Shown: positions 1 to 13,432, numbered from the stretch's first letter. The stretch is DNA of 64,000 nucleotides from Syncephalis fuscata S228 (GCA_025786725.1 JAHLTZ010000004.1:682001-746000), one strand, 5' to 3'. Numbers and translations: made by a program. Notes: generated by a model from the letters alone, not told the origin.

Positions 1-2115
1 CACGTAGCTGACGATTGCTTACTCGTTGCCAATAGGATGCCTTTGACTTAGGTAATGGCAATCGACCACGAATACGATGCGTGCCGGTGCCAGGCTGCCA
101 AACCGATAGTAGCAATAGTGCCCAACAACGTAATGTATGTGCCAAGTACAGTAGAATGCAAGCCAGTAAAGACAATGATTCTTTTGCACGTAGCTCTGGA
201 CTATCGACAATAATGTCGTGTAGCAAGGCAAGCAGTGCACTTAATGCGCCAAATCCGCACAAAAGAGAGACCTAAGTATGTATTATTTAGATAATGGACA
301 TTAAAAGTATTTAATAATACTTACTTCAGTATAGGGACGATGCTTGCCGCGGGGACGGACTACAAGGTGTCTTACCATATGGAAGCACCAAATACCTACA
401 CTGTGTGTTAACACGTCTATTATTACTGTTGTTGGCAAGCTTACCAAAGGCTGAAAATAATCCAATGGACATGATGGCAATGCCTTTCAGGGCCCAGCTA
501 TACGATATGGCCCAAGGTGGAAGAGCAAAGGTAAGCGTGCGATAAAACAGAAGTAGCTTGAATCGGAAGGCAAAGCTGCCAAATGCTGAGATAATTACAG
601 CTAAAACAAGACTGCCCAGTATAAAGGACATGCACTGGGCGTGGAATCGAGCTAATACACATGCACTAATTATTATAAATAAGTATAAGGTTTTCGTGAT
701 AATTATAATTAATTACCGACGAATGATTACAGATATCAATACAAGACCATCGATTAGAAACGCAACCATACGCATCATCATATCAGGATCTATGAATCTT
801 GGTAATACAAACGAGATGGATACAGCTAAATTATATGGCTTAGCTTTTGCACAAAATAGTAGCTGGCAAACTTACTAATGGTGACTATCCAAGCAATGAT
901 TAAATCACAAAGAGAAATGGTGAATCCAAGGTTGAAGCAACAGCTTAGTACAAAGCTGAAGATCATTGTAATGATCATGCTGATAATAAGCTTTTAAACT
1001 AAGCTATTAGATAGATGTGGATTAATAAAAGGTATAGCTACTTACAATTGCAAAAAAGATCCAACCAGATATCCTACAGCCACGCGTATATAGTTCTTGC
1101 ATTTCAGGTTGAGTAGGCACTTCTAATAAACGATGCGTATTTATTACTACATGTTTAACGTGTCATTTTCTCTATTTCACTTACCATCTATGATAGCAAA
1201 ATCAAATTTAAGAGCTGCAGCTCGAGCCATATCTGGATTTGCTGTAGTCTCCATAAGGCGATCGGTCACTGGACTAGGTGCCACCGCAATAACGCGAGAG
1301 TCAGGAGATAGACCAGGCTCTTTTTTATCCTTTAGTTGGCGGGTAAGGGCAGCCATTTGACGTGAAAATCCGTCAGGATCACTAGACGAGTCGGTGACAT
1401 TTAGCGCTGACTGAGAAGATGGTGGTTCATTATTGATCTCGTTGGATTTTGTTGAAGGCAATGTAATAATCGTTTGAACAGGAGGACATTTTGCCTTGTT
1501 TAGTCTAATTATGAGTCTGGAAAGAGCATCTTCCAAGGTTTTATAACATAAACACTGGCCATTACAGTGGACGGTGGGACGTAATTTGGTGTCGGGCGGT
1601 GTTTGTGTACTATTATGACTAGAGGTAGGCAATGACTGTGACGGTGGTATGATGACTGGATAATTTTGCGCAAATAGAGCGTTAACCGATGGGTCTGGCT
1701 GAACTAGTAAGCCCAACTGCTTGATACCAGCCATAAAACTGTCTTGTTGATCACATTCTAGCTGTGTCACATTGATATTTGTTTGGAAACAGCCAGTCGC
1801 ATTTTCAGTACGAGTTATTTTGATCGGTAAAAGAAAGCCATTTTTGGCGGTATCAATTCCTTGACTGTCTTCTGACGAATTGCCAAGCAAAATGATGCTA
1901 TTTGGCAATTTCATTTGTTGGCCACCCAGATTTAAAGACAATGTAACAAGGGGGAAATTTCCGGTAGAGGGCGAAGCATCAACATTAGCCACGTTCAGAA
2001 GAGATGTTGTAAAAAGCAGTATGCTTAAAGAATAAAGGAATAACATGAAGCGGCGATACATTGCTGTTTTGATCATGCTAAAGTGTGAATGTACTGCAAT
2101 CGAAAGGATTGCCAT
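1..2115 (-). CDS. Multi-exon receptor-like membrane protein: signal peptide, ~300 aa ectodomain, several TM helices; 3' end runs off the window
   Basis: The 312-aa ORF ends at a GTAAG donor (~1183) and splices in frame to exons ~1046-1073 (GYLVGSFLQF), ~876-979 (MIITMIFSFVLSCC), ~444-650, ~325-395 (IWCFHMVRH) and 23-272 (VSLLCGFGALSALL). The downstream exons are strongly hydrophobic. Confidence 0.7.
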
Positions 2116-3410
2116 TTTAACTGGTACGCTAAACAGTAGCGACCAGAGATGCTATGAAACAGAGAAATATGCTATGCACAAATAAACAAACAACGGCTTG
2201 CAGTTCTACAAATGACACTTGAAGACGATAAATAAGCTATCGCCTACACAAGCGAGTGAAGTAGATATGCCGTAATGCAGACTAGGAATGCTATTAGAAA
2301 GATGAAGGTGAAGATGCCGTGTCAACACGGCACGACAGCGATGTCAATATCAATGGCAATAGCAATGGCCGCGGATCAATAGTGACGTGATGAGACGACA
2401 CGGGATGACGAAAGTACGAAAGCGAGCCAGCGCAGATTGAAAACAGGAAACACACGAAATAGTACACAGAAGCTAACCGCAAAGTGCAGCTACCAGAGCT
2501 ACAATAAACGAAGTATGAACAAATATGAGCAGAAAAGGCACGGCAAAGATGAAAATGCAGCAAGGCCATTGAATGTTTCTGGCTCGCTTTTACACTAGCT
2601 GCCGAGCAGAGCCGCATGGAAGGCAAGCATTACGCAAAAACAGGAACACCAAGAAACTATCATGCGTTTGACTGCATGTTAATGTGTGCATGCTTTCAAA
2701 CAACAGTCAGCCTTGGGCCGGCAAACAGTCACGTTATATCACAGTAACTTTTGAACGACATTGTCCATCAGACTCTATTTATCATAAATATTAGACCGGG
2801 CTAATTGTTCCCAAATTTTACTCAATAATATTAGTTTTATTATTAGCTGTTTGCTCTAAAGTTATCACGCTGCTGTAAGAAGTTCCTTTACTGCATGCTA
2901 CCTTTGCCGCTACCTTTGTAGTTGTGCAGCTGATGCGGATACCAAATTAACATTTTCTTTTTAAAGTAAACAAATTGTTATTTTCTCACATAGTATCAAT
3001 AAAGCTCGGCATTGCTTATTAAAGACAAATAAATGGACACACTATTAAATAATAAACAAACAACTATATAACATTTGAGTTTATATAAATATTACATTAT
3101 AGAATATTGGCGTTGTATCAATTAACAAAATAATAATAAACCAAATCACTAGTTAATTAATATAATACTTTTTAGCTTAAATATACTATTTTAACAGTGC
3201 TATAATTAGCAGCAATTTTGGTTAATTCCACTGTAAATGTAAATGCTACATTGTCAAAAGAGTCATGAATAAATTACAGATAATAGCTAAAGCTGTTTTA
3301 TTTATTATTATTATCAATCTATTTAATTCGATACAAATGACTCAACAGCAATGATGTTTATTGGGGGAAATAATATTTTAACTTGTAACAACTCAATCGT
3401 ACGTAACCAT

Positions 3411-5863
3411 TTAGCATACGGGTACATTTACTGCAAGACCGCCCTGCGATGTCTCTTTGTACTGTTGAAAATAAAAACATTATTAGCACGCTTTCTATGA
3501 CATATCAGTTCGTGTGCACGTAATAACACTTACTTTGCTTTGCATGTCAATACCCGTCTGTCGCATGGTCTCAATAACTTGATCTAATGTAACACTGTGT
3601 CCATTCGCCATTAGCTATCGTATAATCATGCCATATCTACTTACCGATGGCTGCCGTCCTCATTCAAAGCTAGCTGGGCAGCAGTGACGGCTTTAACAGC
3701 GCCTAGTGCATTTCGTTCAATACAAGGAATTTGCACCAGTCCGTCTACAATGGATATTAATATTGTATATACTGCAAATACTTATCACACTACTTACCTA
3801 CTGGATCACACGTCAATCCTAGATTATGTTCCTATAGTTTTCATTGTTATAATAAATAAGCTAGTGGTTTAAATATGTAAATAAAACGACTGTAACATTA
3901 CCATGCCAATTTCAGCAGCATTTTCAATCTGCTCTACTGTGCCACCCATGACTGCGGCAAATCCAGCTGCGCTCATGCTACAGGCTACACCCACTTCGCC
4001 TACATTGATTATAAAATAGCCAGTTAGCTATAAGACTAGTATAGGGCGCTATCATCATCTATTTACCTTGACAGCCCATTTCAGCAGCACTAATACTGGC
4101 CCCTCGTTTATAAAGCATGCCGATTGCGGCGGCGGTAAAAAGAAACTCTAAAATATCGTTTTCAGGATTATCGGATATAAATTCCAAATAGTATTTGAGC
4201 ACGGCAGGAATAACTCCAGCGGCTCCATTGGTGGGTGCGGTTACTACTCGTCCACCGGCCGCATTCTCCTCATTTACCGCTATAGCATAAACGGACAAAT
4301 AGTCAAGTGCCGGTAGTTGCATGCGTTTTCGTTGTCGGCGTGGCATAGAGCTAACATCGTGCAGTCCTCTGCTAGATGCAGCAGCTGGTACGGAATTTAA
4401 AGCACCGTTTGCTGAACTATTGCTTTGGCCAAAGCTGCCAGGAAGCTGTTGTTCATGAAAACCAATACCACCGGTTGATTTGAATAATCCTCGTAGTAGA
4501 TTATTATAAAGCCGTGGTGCTCTACGGCGCGCCTTAATACTTCCAGGTAGATGTGTTTCTTGTGAAAGACACCCATTACGAATAGAGTTGTCCATGCAAC
4601 GCCATATATCAAGGGTGCGCGCTTTAATTTCTGCTGGACTACGCCATCTCAGTTCGTTTTCGTAGACTACTTGAGCAATAGTCATGCGTTCACGTCGACA
4701 CACGTCTAAAAGCTGTTCGGCATTGACAAAAGGAAGGGCAGTGGCCACCACGTCCTGTTCTTTACGCGTCTCAGCCACAGCTTCATTATTGTGCTCTTTT
4801 AATTCCGATTTGTAAAATAGATTTTCGCCATGTGCAACTTGAGTTTTCTCATTGACAACAAATCCACCACCAATAGAGAAAAACTCATTGGTGGCAAGCA
4901 AATCACCGGCATCAGTGTAGACGGTAAATCTCAGTCCATTTGGATGCTGAGGAAGTGAATCAAAATAATGCACTCGCATATCCTCCTTGGGATTAAACGG
5001 AATACTGTGGCTACCATTTAGTGTAATTCGATTAGTGATATCCATATCATTAACGCGGGAAATAATTGTATTCGTTTCCACGGATTCCGGGGCCTCGCCT
5101 TCAAGTCCTGTATACAATAATTACACATTTAATTAATAAACAACAACACAACCTTTTACTGCACTTGCCCATTAGAATGGCATTAGGCGTGCCATGTCCA
5201 ACACCAGTGAGTGCTAATGAGCCATAGACATCGATTCGTAGACGAGCCACCTGAACAAACAATCTGTATCAATAATGATTCTAGTAAGCATGTATTAATG
5301 TATTTACTTTATCCAATACATTGTGTTCTTCCAAATCATTAATAAAGATCTTGGCCGCTCGCATTGGACCTACAGTGTGACTGGTTCTAACTGGTTAGTT
5401 GCATGGACAATTATTAGTCAATGAGTTACCTCGACGATGGTCCAATGCCAATTGAGAACAAATCAAAAGTTGAGACAACAGCATGATGTACATCCTACAA
5501 ATGTTGCAGTCAACAGCTGTGGACTATCAGCAAATACAGCTTAGTGCTTACCGTGTCAGATTCGGCCTGACCTCGCTGCGTGGATATACGACGATGGAGT
5601 AGCTGAATAAATGGAGGCGGGTTTGCAATAAGCGACACGTCAACGGCCCTCAGCGAAGGAATACTGCTGTAGCCGGCCGAGGTAGGAGCAATAGCGGCCA
5701 TGGGACGCGCTGGATGCGCTCTTCTGCCAACAATACCAGCAACTGAACGACGCGCTCCTCCTCCATTTGGCGTGTAGACTGCAGTGGAAGAAGGGACGGC
5801 CCACTCACGGAACGGCCGAGTAATGCGAATGTAGTTAGGAAAGCGGCGAGCTGTCACTGACAT
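3411..5863 (-). CDS. Fe-S-dependent L-serine dehydratase (SdaA-type, fused beta+alpha) with probable mitochondrial presequence
   Basis: Spliced motifs [12 protein letters not shown]|[100 protein letters not shown]. Stop at 3411-3413. Arg/Ser/Ala-rich N-terminus. Confidence 0.95.
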
Positions 5864-6780
5864 TGTAGTAATGCAAAATAAATGAACTTGAAAAGTCTAG
5901 CAAGCAAACAAATTAGTGTTCGTTAAAAAGCTGCTTTGGGACAATGGCAGTAGTTATCGTGCCAATAACCAAGTAGCTGCGTTGATAAAAAAACAACAAA
6001 AGTGATAAGGCAGCTTCAGAACACAGCACTCCATTCAATGTCCACGCTCACCCTGACATCCGCCATTTCTCTTTTTTCTCTTCATATTGCAACAGATACA
6101 CGTGGTTGATTTTTGGTCGGATCGAGTAGACAATGGTGTAAATGTACATATAAAGAATTTTTGTCACCGAGTCATTGTATATTGGGGTAATAAGGCCTTA
6201 TAGGCACAACTAATAGAATTTATTGATCGAAGTAATCCCACGCCTCGATTATTCTCAGGATAATTGGAGTCAAATGAATATTGAGCCAACAATGATTTAA
6301 TGTTTGTTTGGCTGCATACTGAAATTAATTTAAAACTCAGGACTGTTACCAAGTTCCAATTCTTGTCTAGCGTAACTTGAGCAGTTTACTCATGTATCTA
6401 CAAGCTGTAAGAATACTAAAAATAATTAAACAATCGACTACATTTTAATTAAATACTTTAAAAAAGTAAAGCAATGTACCTCTATAGATAATGTATTACA
6501 ACAGGTCTAAATAGCTACATACAAGTTTATATTCCCCAGTACACAATAGGTATTTATTCATGCGTACTCAATATTTATATTAATGGCATCAGTTTTCTAT
6601 AATAAATCTATTGAATACATATAAATTTTACTGCACTTATACAACATATTCATATATCATCTATCCAGTAAATAATTACTTTACTTTAATGTGTATTGCT
6701 GTTGCCGCATTCATTATTTTCCTAATAAATATGTTTTGTGATAATGAATTGTGGTGTTGCTTAAACTTTGTTTTAGTGTA

Positions 6781-6972
6781 TTTATTCATTTACTATTAAT
6801 CTGTTCTATGATGTACCGACATGCTGGGTAGATTGGCTTTTAGTATTTACACTTCATTTATTAATGAATTAAACTCGGCTGTTTATAAATATTGACTGAC
6901 AGGCTCACAGCTTACAGTCTACATCATCACGTTTCCCTTTCTCTTTCTTCACACTTGACAGGATATATGCAT
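6781..6972 (+). repeat. Dispersed ~190-bp non-coding repeat, copy 1 (copy 2 at ~26171-26363)
   Basis: Shared blocks such as CATTTATTAATGAATTAAACTCGGCTGTTTATAAATATT and CCTTTCTCTTTCTTCACACTTGACAG. Roughly 85-90% identity by eye. Confidence 0.9.
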
Positions 6973-8123
6973 TATCTACTGACCGCACACCATTGATAAA
7001 AATGCTTGTTTATTGCCAACTATATTTGGCGTATATTTAATCCATTCTATTTATTGCATTGTCATACACACTACAACTCTACCAGCAGTATTTACACATT
7101 TCTAATTGTTTATTCATATTGTTTTATATTATTATTTACTTTACTAATTAAGCGTTATTGATAAAAAAGAAAACTTTAACATTTTAATTTATAACTAAGA
7201 ATAAGTTTAGCAATTAATCATGATGCGTCATAATATTGCAATGTCTCCGTGATGCTGCCAATTATCCGTAGATTATAAAACTGTTTGAAATTCAGGTTTT
7301 TCTAATCTATAATTTTGTTTCAGTCACTGGCCTTTAGTTGTTAACAGGTTTAGCAGCGCTCCTACAATAAAATAATTAGTCATAATCTGGATTCATCATT
7401 TACCTCATTTGCTTCATATCTATGCACTAAAATGGCTTTTGAAACTTTATAGTACAAACACCCAAATACCCAAAGCCAATCAAAAGGGCCGGCTTTGCTA
7501 TTTTCGTGCATTCAATACACCGGGTTTCCTCTGTCCAGATCTGTCTGTACACATTTATTAACAATTTGTAAAAACACTTTTTGCTTATTAGTCGTTCGTA
7601 TTTTAATATCTTTGCTTTGCTTCATCACAATAAAGCATATACAATTTACCTAAATAGAGCCATAATCACTTTAGAAACTTACAATGGCTCGCTACGTTTG
7701 GAATATATTGTTTTAAATTCAGTAGCCAGCCTTTATACGCCATTCCCAGTGACTTCTTGTTTTAGTCTATCATATGTCATAGAATAGAACGGAGTATTCT
7801 GGAAAGTTGGTTTGACGTTGCAGGTCCCGCTCGTTTGTTATCCGAAACTTTGTGGGTGTTAGCTGGTATTGTTGAGAAATCCTCAATTATCACTATGTTT
7901 CAAGCAAAACGTTTTTAAGCCATTTTAAACCGTGTCCATTGTTCGTTACTCACCTGTTTCTTTATTCGTCTACCTCAAAGTGATACGGTGCCTAGTCATA
8001 ACACGTAGTCGTAGAAGCCGCCGGCCGACACGGCTGTCGATTTAGTCTGCCAATCTATTTATCGACATACCATTTTGGACTTTTCCCGCTAACTTGACCT
8101 TTTACTTCGCCAATTTACACCAA

Positions 8124-9194
8124 ATGGCTGGCACCAATATATTTTACGAATCGCCCAAACAAATACGCACGATGTATATGTCGCTGCTGGCAGTGACTGT
8201 AATGTCTTTTTTAGTTTTCCGCAATCTTATCATCTGTTCTCGACTACTCATTTCCAGCCGACGGTCTGTCTATGTACTTAGCTTTCTTCAATCTCTTTTA
8301 AGCATAGTATGTGTCCTGGGCTCTTTAACACGTTTAGCTGCACCATGGCTGCTGTCGTGTACAGCCTTGGGATATATTTTACTTGGTTCAATAACGCTTA
8401 GTGAACCAATAATCTCTTACATACTACTTGCGAAGGCTTGTGCCATTCAAAGGCGTCGCTTTATCGCACTCATAGGCAAAGCGTTTATTGCTCTTGCATG
8501 CTTAGTGCAAATGGCGGGATTTAAGTTTCTTTATTTGAAAGGACAAAGCAGCGTGAGATGCACGTGGATCCCCGACTCCAAATGGATACTCGCCAAGTGT
8601 CTTATTGATTTGGTCAACACAACCTTTCTGTCGGTCTGTTTTCTAAGTGTAATGCAGCGCTACCGTGATCAGGCTGATCATTGTATGGAACGTGCATTTC
8701 GTCGATTGATCCGTGACGGCTACCTTTACGCCGGCTGTGTTATCATCATCAAATTGGCGATCACATTGATTATTCTCTTTTCGTCTTATGGCACATGGAG
8801 CACCCACCTTATGGGCATTGACTGTAAGTAACCACACCAAGTCGCACAAGCTTGGTACTAACACTGTAATACAGATCTTGCTGCATCTACGCTACTGGTA
8901 TATCAACTGGCGCAATCGCTCGAATCAAAGCCCACCCGATTGGGGCATTCGCGCCCTAATGCCGACAATGTGCGTGTAAAATCGATCACAATTGCTGAGA
9001 AACGCCAAAAATCGATCAAGAGCCTGCACGTACTTCGTTTTTCCAAACATCCCAGTCAACAAATACTAAGTCCGTCAGCACTTCACATCATTTTGTCGCC
9101 TATTGTACCGTCAACGCCAATGAACTTTGATTTTTTAACATCATCACCAAAAATGAAATACCAAAAAGCTTCTCACCATTCACGATATAAATAA
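8124..9194 (+). CDS. Lineage-specific 7TM/GPCR-like membrane protein (paralog A)
   Basis: About seven hydrophobic segments, Cys before TM3 and in the loop (CTW). Intron 8825-8874 (GTAAG..CAG) joins to YLAASTLLVYQL and a basic tail ending at 9194. Homologous to 11134-11919. Confidence 0.75.
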
Positions 9195-9619
9195 ACATAT
9201 GATTTTCGATCACAAACTTTTTTAAAAGCCGAAAAATGCTTTATTCCTATCTTGACCGCCAAAAATCACTTTCAAAGTCTAGGAGGAATTGTGTGAAGTC
9301 AAGTAATAGTAATAAGGGTGTTTTATTAGCCTATAGACTGGTATTACAATACTTTACCATAGTAGACACTGTAATCTGTAGTTTCAACTAATCAATCCCA
9401 TTTTTATTAAATGTTGTAATAAAAATAGATACAAATGACAAATAATGGTTTAAATATAACTCGATTTAATCGACTATTATGCCTGATTGCGTAGAAAGGC
9501 CGTTTATTATACCGGCCGTTTTCTTATTGAAAAATAGCAATTTATTTTACATTTTTGATGAAACTAATGTTCGATCAGTACAAGAGATATGGGTATTGTT
9601 TTAAATTGTATATTTTGAC

Positions 9620-10106
9620 TAATAATGTGAAAATAAATGGAACAAAAAGAGCCAGAAAAAAGATATTAGTGTATAAATAATATATGTTTTATAAATAATT
9701 ATTTGTGTAACTGAATAGTGATCCACTAAAAAAGGAAGAAAATGGCATCCAGCAAAGCTGCAAACAACAAAGAAGATGCCATATATTGTATTTGGCGATG
9801 CACTGTTTGACAAGCAAAATAATATATACAAAAGCTATTGGTCTGCTGTTGTCAACAAGTGCTGACAAATGCTGAAACGACAAGAACATCATAATAAACT
9901 TGTTGCCATTAAAATTAACAAATATATTTCTTCTTAGGTAAGTATATATTATAATCATTATTTTATTTAACAATGTGATTATTTTATAGATTTGCTATAC
10001 TTGTAAAGAAAGAAATTTAACAAAAAAGAGTGCTATAAATGATTTCCACGAACACACCACCTTAGTCTACCAAAACTGCTAGGTGGTATGGAATCGGGAT
10101 GTAAAT
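9620..10106 (+). pseudogene. Decayed Fanzor (TnpB-family RuvC/zinc-finger) gene fragment with a spliceosomal intron
   Basis: Frame from 9740: KWHPAKLQTTKKMPYIVFGDALFDK...MLKRQEHHNKLVAIKINKYISS*; intron 9938-9989 (GTAAGT..TAG); then in frame ICYTCKERNL...HTTLVYQNC*VVWNRDVN. Matches the Fanzor1 pattern P-x-IVFG...IDEYxTSQxCxxC...CxxC-xxWNRDVN. Three in-frame stops. Confidence 0.85.
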
Positions 10107-10116
10107 AACAGATCAG

Positions 10117-10183
10117 CTGAGTTTGTCAGATTAGCTCAGATTAACACAATAACTGCCAAGAACACGGGTTCGAAATTCTGAGA
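10117..10183 (+). ncRNA. Candidate 3' part of a Fanzor omega-RNA scaffold
   Basis: Hairpin CTGAGTT/AGCTCAG (10117-10139), then ACAATAAC-N5-AGAACACGGGTT-N8-TGAGA, collinear with 41504-41541 behind the second Fanzor relic. Confidence 0.55.
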
Positions 10184-11133
10184 AGAATGATTTGAATATT
10201 GAAGGTATGTAAAAAAAATCTATCATACTGTTACTAAATTGATAATAATCAGAATTACTTAAGAATAGTTGTCATATTTGAAACAGTGACTCAGTAAGCG
10301 TGTTTTGTTACAGTCTGCTTCCATATTTCTTGTATTTTTATGTGTATATTGTAATAAATCCTGAATCTAATACAATCTGAAATATATTGCTGCTCCTTTC
10401 TTTGGCTCATTCAGTAGCTCTTTAATTGGTACGACGAGCAGTGGTGAAACCTTTTACGGCTTTTTAGCATGAAAAAATATTCGGCGTTTCTATGTCGCCA
10501 ATAATCCCGACTCCGCTCACAAATTGCATTGAACTATTTCAAGTAACTCAGTGGTCGCACAATCAATAATATATAGGCCATAAAAGGTAACTAATTGTTG
10601 CTATTATTTTTTCATAGTGCGACATTTCCCCTATAACCAACTGTTAATTTGTTAAACTTGAATATTTTATCGTACCATCTTTTAATCAGCAATATAGAAA
10701 ATATACAAATGTCTGTGCGTTATATATATTAGATATAAAAATAAAAATAATACATTTACAGTATCAACCTGCTGACTACTAGTTTGTTTCGGTGTAGCAT
10801 GGGCTAACGCTCAATTCGGCAATTGGCATGCTTGAGCATCTACTGACACATTGTACCAAGGCCATCCCCTTTTGTATACAGTGCTGTCTTATGGTCAAAC
10901 GTAGCCACCCCCACGTAAATATCTGAGATAAATCACGGTCCTAGGAGATTTTAGGCCTCATTGCTTGGTTGTTACTTATTTATTTTATGCTCGTTCCATT
11001 TTACTTCGATTTTACTAGACATACCATAACGCCGCCAATTTTCATTCAAAAACATATAACGCAACCCATATTTATACGATCATCAACAAGTATTGCGCTG
11101 AAGCGCAGGATTATAGAATAGCAATAGTTTAGT

Positions 11134-11919
11134 ATGGCTACCATTATCACTAACTCATCAAGCTTATTCTCCATTTCTGGCTATGAGAGTGAAAGACAGG
11201 CTATTTCATTTAACGGCGATCATAACGAACTGCGTAGACAGTATGCTTCGCTAGTTGTTATAACCATTCTGGCATGTCTTGTTTTCGACAATATCACAGT
11301 ATGCACACGTGCGCTTGTTCAACAGCAATCGGCCTATAACATTCTTGGGATGCTTCAGGCCTGCGCTGCCATCCCTGCGACTGTTGTTACTCTAATACGG
11401 CAAGCGGTACCTTGGCTAATTCCCTGCTGGACAGTGGGCATGAGTCTTTTTGTTGCTCTTTGTATTGGCGCACCCATCATCAACTGCATTCTAATGGAAC
11501 GTGCCTACCGCGCTCACAAGCAGATTCACTTGGCCTGGTTCGGCTTTTTGCTTACGGCTATGCTGATTGCGACAAACATTATGTCGTTCTGGGGTGTAAA
11601 CTTAACACGCGCTAGTTCCACCTCTTGTGCATGGACGCCACTTAGTTCATGGGTAATTAGCAAATGCGTTATTGATGCAGTCAATGGCCTATTTCTGTCG
11701 GCATGCTATATTGTTGCGCTGCGCCGTCGCTATAAAACGTACGGGTTATTTAGCGGTGTCAGTAAACAAAGTATGCGAGGCAGCTACTATTTTTCATTTG
11801 CTATTATTTTTTCTGGAATCGCAGTATCTTTAATGATGCTTTGGCCACCTGCAGTCCAATGGAGTACACACCTTTACTCTATACAGTTTGTTATTGCATC
11901 GACCTTGCTTGTGCACTAA
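11134..11919 (+). CDS. Lineage-specific 7TM/GPCR-like membrane protein (paralog B), intronless, possibly C-terminally truncated
   Basis: Aligns with paralog A (PWLxxC, CxW, WxxxKCxID, WSTHL, ASTLLV). Stops right after the last TM, with TAA where paralog A has CAA. Confidence 0.75.
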   Translation: MATIITNSSSLFSISGYESERQAISFNGDHNELRRQYASLVVITILACLVFDNITVCTRALVQQQSAYNILGMLQACAAIPATVVTLIRQAVPWLIPCWTVGMSLFVALCIGAPIINCILMERAYRAHKQIHLAWFGFLLTAMLIATNIMSFWGVNLTRASSTSCAWTPLSSWVISKCVIDAVNGLFLSACYIVALRRRYKTYGLFSGVSKQSMRGSYYFSFAIIFSGIAVSLMMLWPPAVQWSTHLYSIQFVIASTLLVH

Positions 11920-12619
11920 CCACATACAGCAATAGACGATGCTACAAACAGCGACAGTCATTAGCCATTATACTTGGGCTAAATTGTATGTCTCTGATGA
12001 TTCTTTTAACAACTTTATTGCAGAAAACAAAGCTGTTTACACATACCACCGTTATCAAAAGTTTTAGTATTTGGAATTGAAATAGTATGCTGCTATCTAT
12101 CCGCAGGCTAGTAATGATTTATCTAAAGCTGGCACTACTGCTTACTGTCAATTCCAATTTTGTTCTGACACAATCTATCTGGTATCTCTTATATTTTATG
12201 TGCGTTTGTAATAAACCATGACAATTATGATAAAGCACAATTCGAGTAAAAATTCGAATGTTGTTATTAATTCAATGTTATTGTAATTAGCATAATTCAA
12301 CTATTGAACAAACTAATAGACCCATTAAAGTTTAGCACATAACAATATGTGATTGGATAGTACAAAGGTGCATAATTTGGGTATCAATTTATTCATAACA
12401 CATACGACACGTTCAATCAATGTCAGTATTTAGGCTGTAACATTATTAATATCATAGCAAATGTCATTAATTATTTATCATAGTTATTTTTCTTGTCAAC
12501 TGTTCGCAAAATTATAATTGTTATAATATTATTAATTAAATCAATAAATATTACTTAACATATTGATTATCCCACACGACTTTTACCATGCAAATACAGA
12601 TTTTATTTATCTTAATTTT

Positions 12620-13220
12620 TATTTATTTTGCTTTGAAATTTACAAATTATAATGATATATAAAAATACAATAAACCATTTACTTATTAAATATAAAATAA
12701 TTTAAAACCGCAATTTGACCAAGCAACACATTATCCCGGTGTTATCCTATAACGTTAATTTATGATGCTTGTTAACATTTATCTTAATGCCCAAAATACA
12801 ATGTGTTGCTTAGTTGTATTAATTTCATAATAAACTTATTCTTTATTGTTCATCAATTAGCACAGTTTAACTATAGTAAACTGAATAACTTGCATAACAT
12901 TAAGTAAAAATAAGATAGAATTAGAAGCTAGTATACTTTATTGATATGAATAGAGATAGCATTAAATAGTAAATATGGCTAGTAATAGAACCTGAATGCT
13001 TTGTAGTGTTTCATAATTAAAGCAGCGTATTAGTTCATACAATTACACATACTTCACAACTAACAAATGTTTGCTCGTCATATCTTCTTAATAGCTGTTT
13101 ATTGCTGGTAGTTATTGCTAATACTTTATATATGTGCTATTATTGTACCCGTTCTACCATATAATGTATTTATTTAACATGCTATTATAGCAATATAATC
13201 ATAATATTGAAATGGTAACA
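12620..13220 (+). repeat. Old direct repeat copy A (copy B ~14666-15245)
   Basis: Shared blocks CCAAGCAACAC, TATCTTAATG..CAAAATACAATGTG, AGCACAGTTT, TGAATAACTTGCAT, AAGTAAAAATAAGATA, TCGTCATATCTTCTTAATAG. About 70% identity by eye. Confidence 0.85.
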
Positions 13221-13432
13221 GTAATGCTATTTTGAAAAGTAATATTTTTATTTTGAATAGCTACGATTGTAGCAAAGATATTCTGCTATTGTTTATAATA
13301 GCTTGAAAATGCCGATAATGCGCTAATTTACAAATTTAAACGTGCAGCTATTATATCAATGCTACAGCAGAATAAAACAATATTAAAGCAGTTATTTAAG
13401 TATAGCTAGGTGGTCAAACACGATGGAGTGGG

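Noticed and set aside
7465-7535. Hairpin CAAAGCC/GGCTTTG followed by CACCGGGTTT as a third omega-RNA
   Set aside because: Spacing does not match the shared motif and no Fanzor peptide was found upstream.
10131-10180. tRNA/SINE-like A box (TAGCTCAG) and B box (GGTTCGAA)
   Set aside because: Box spacing is too short and there is no cloverleaf; better explained as part of the motif shared with 41469-41541.
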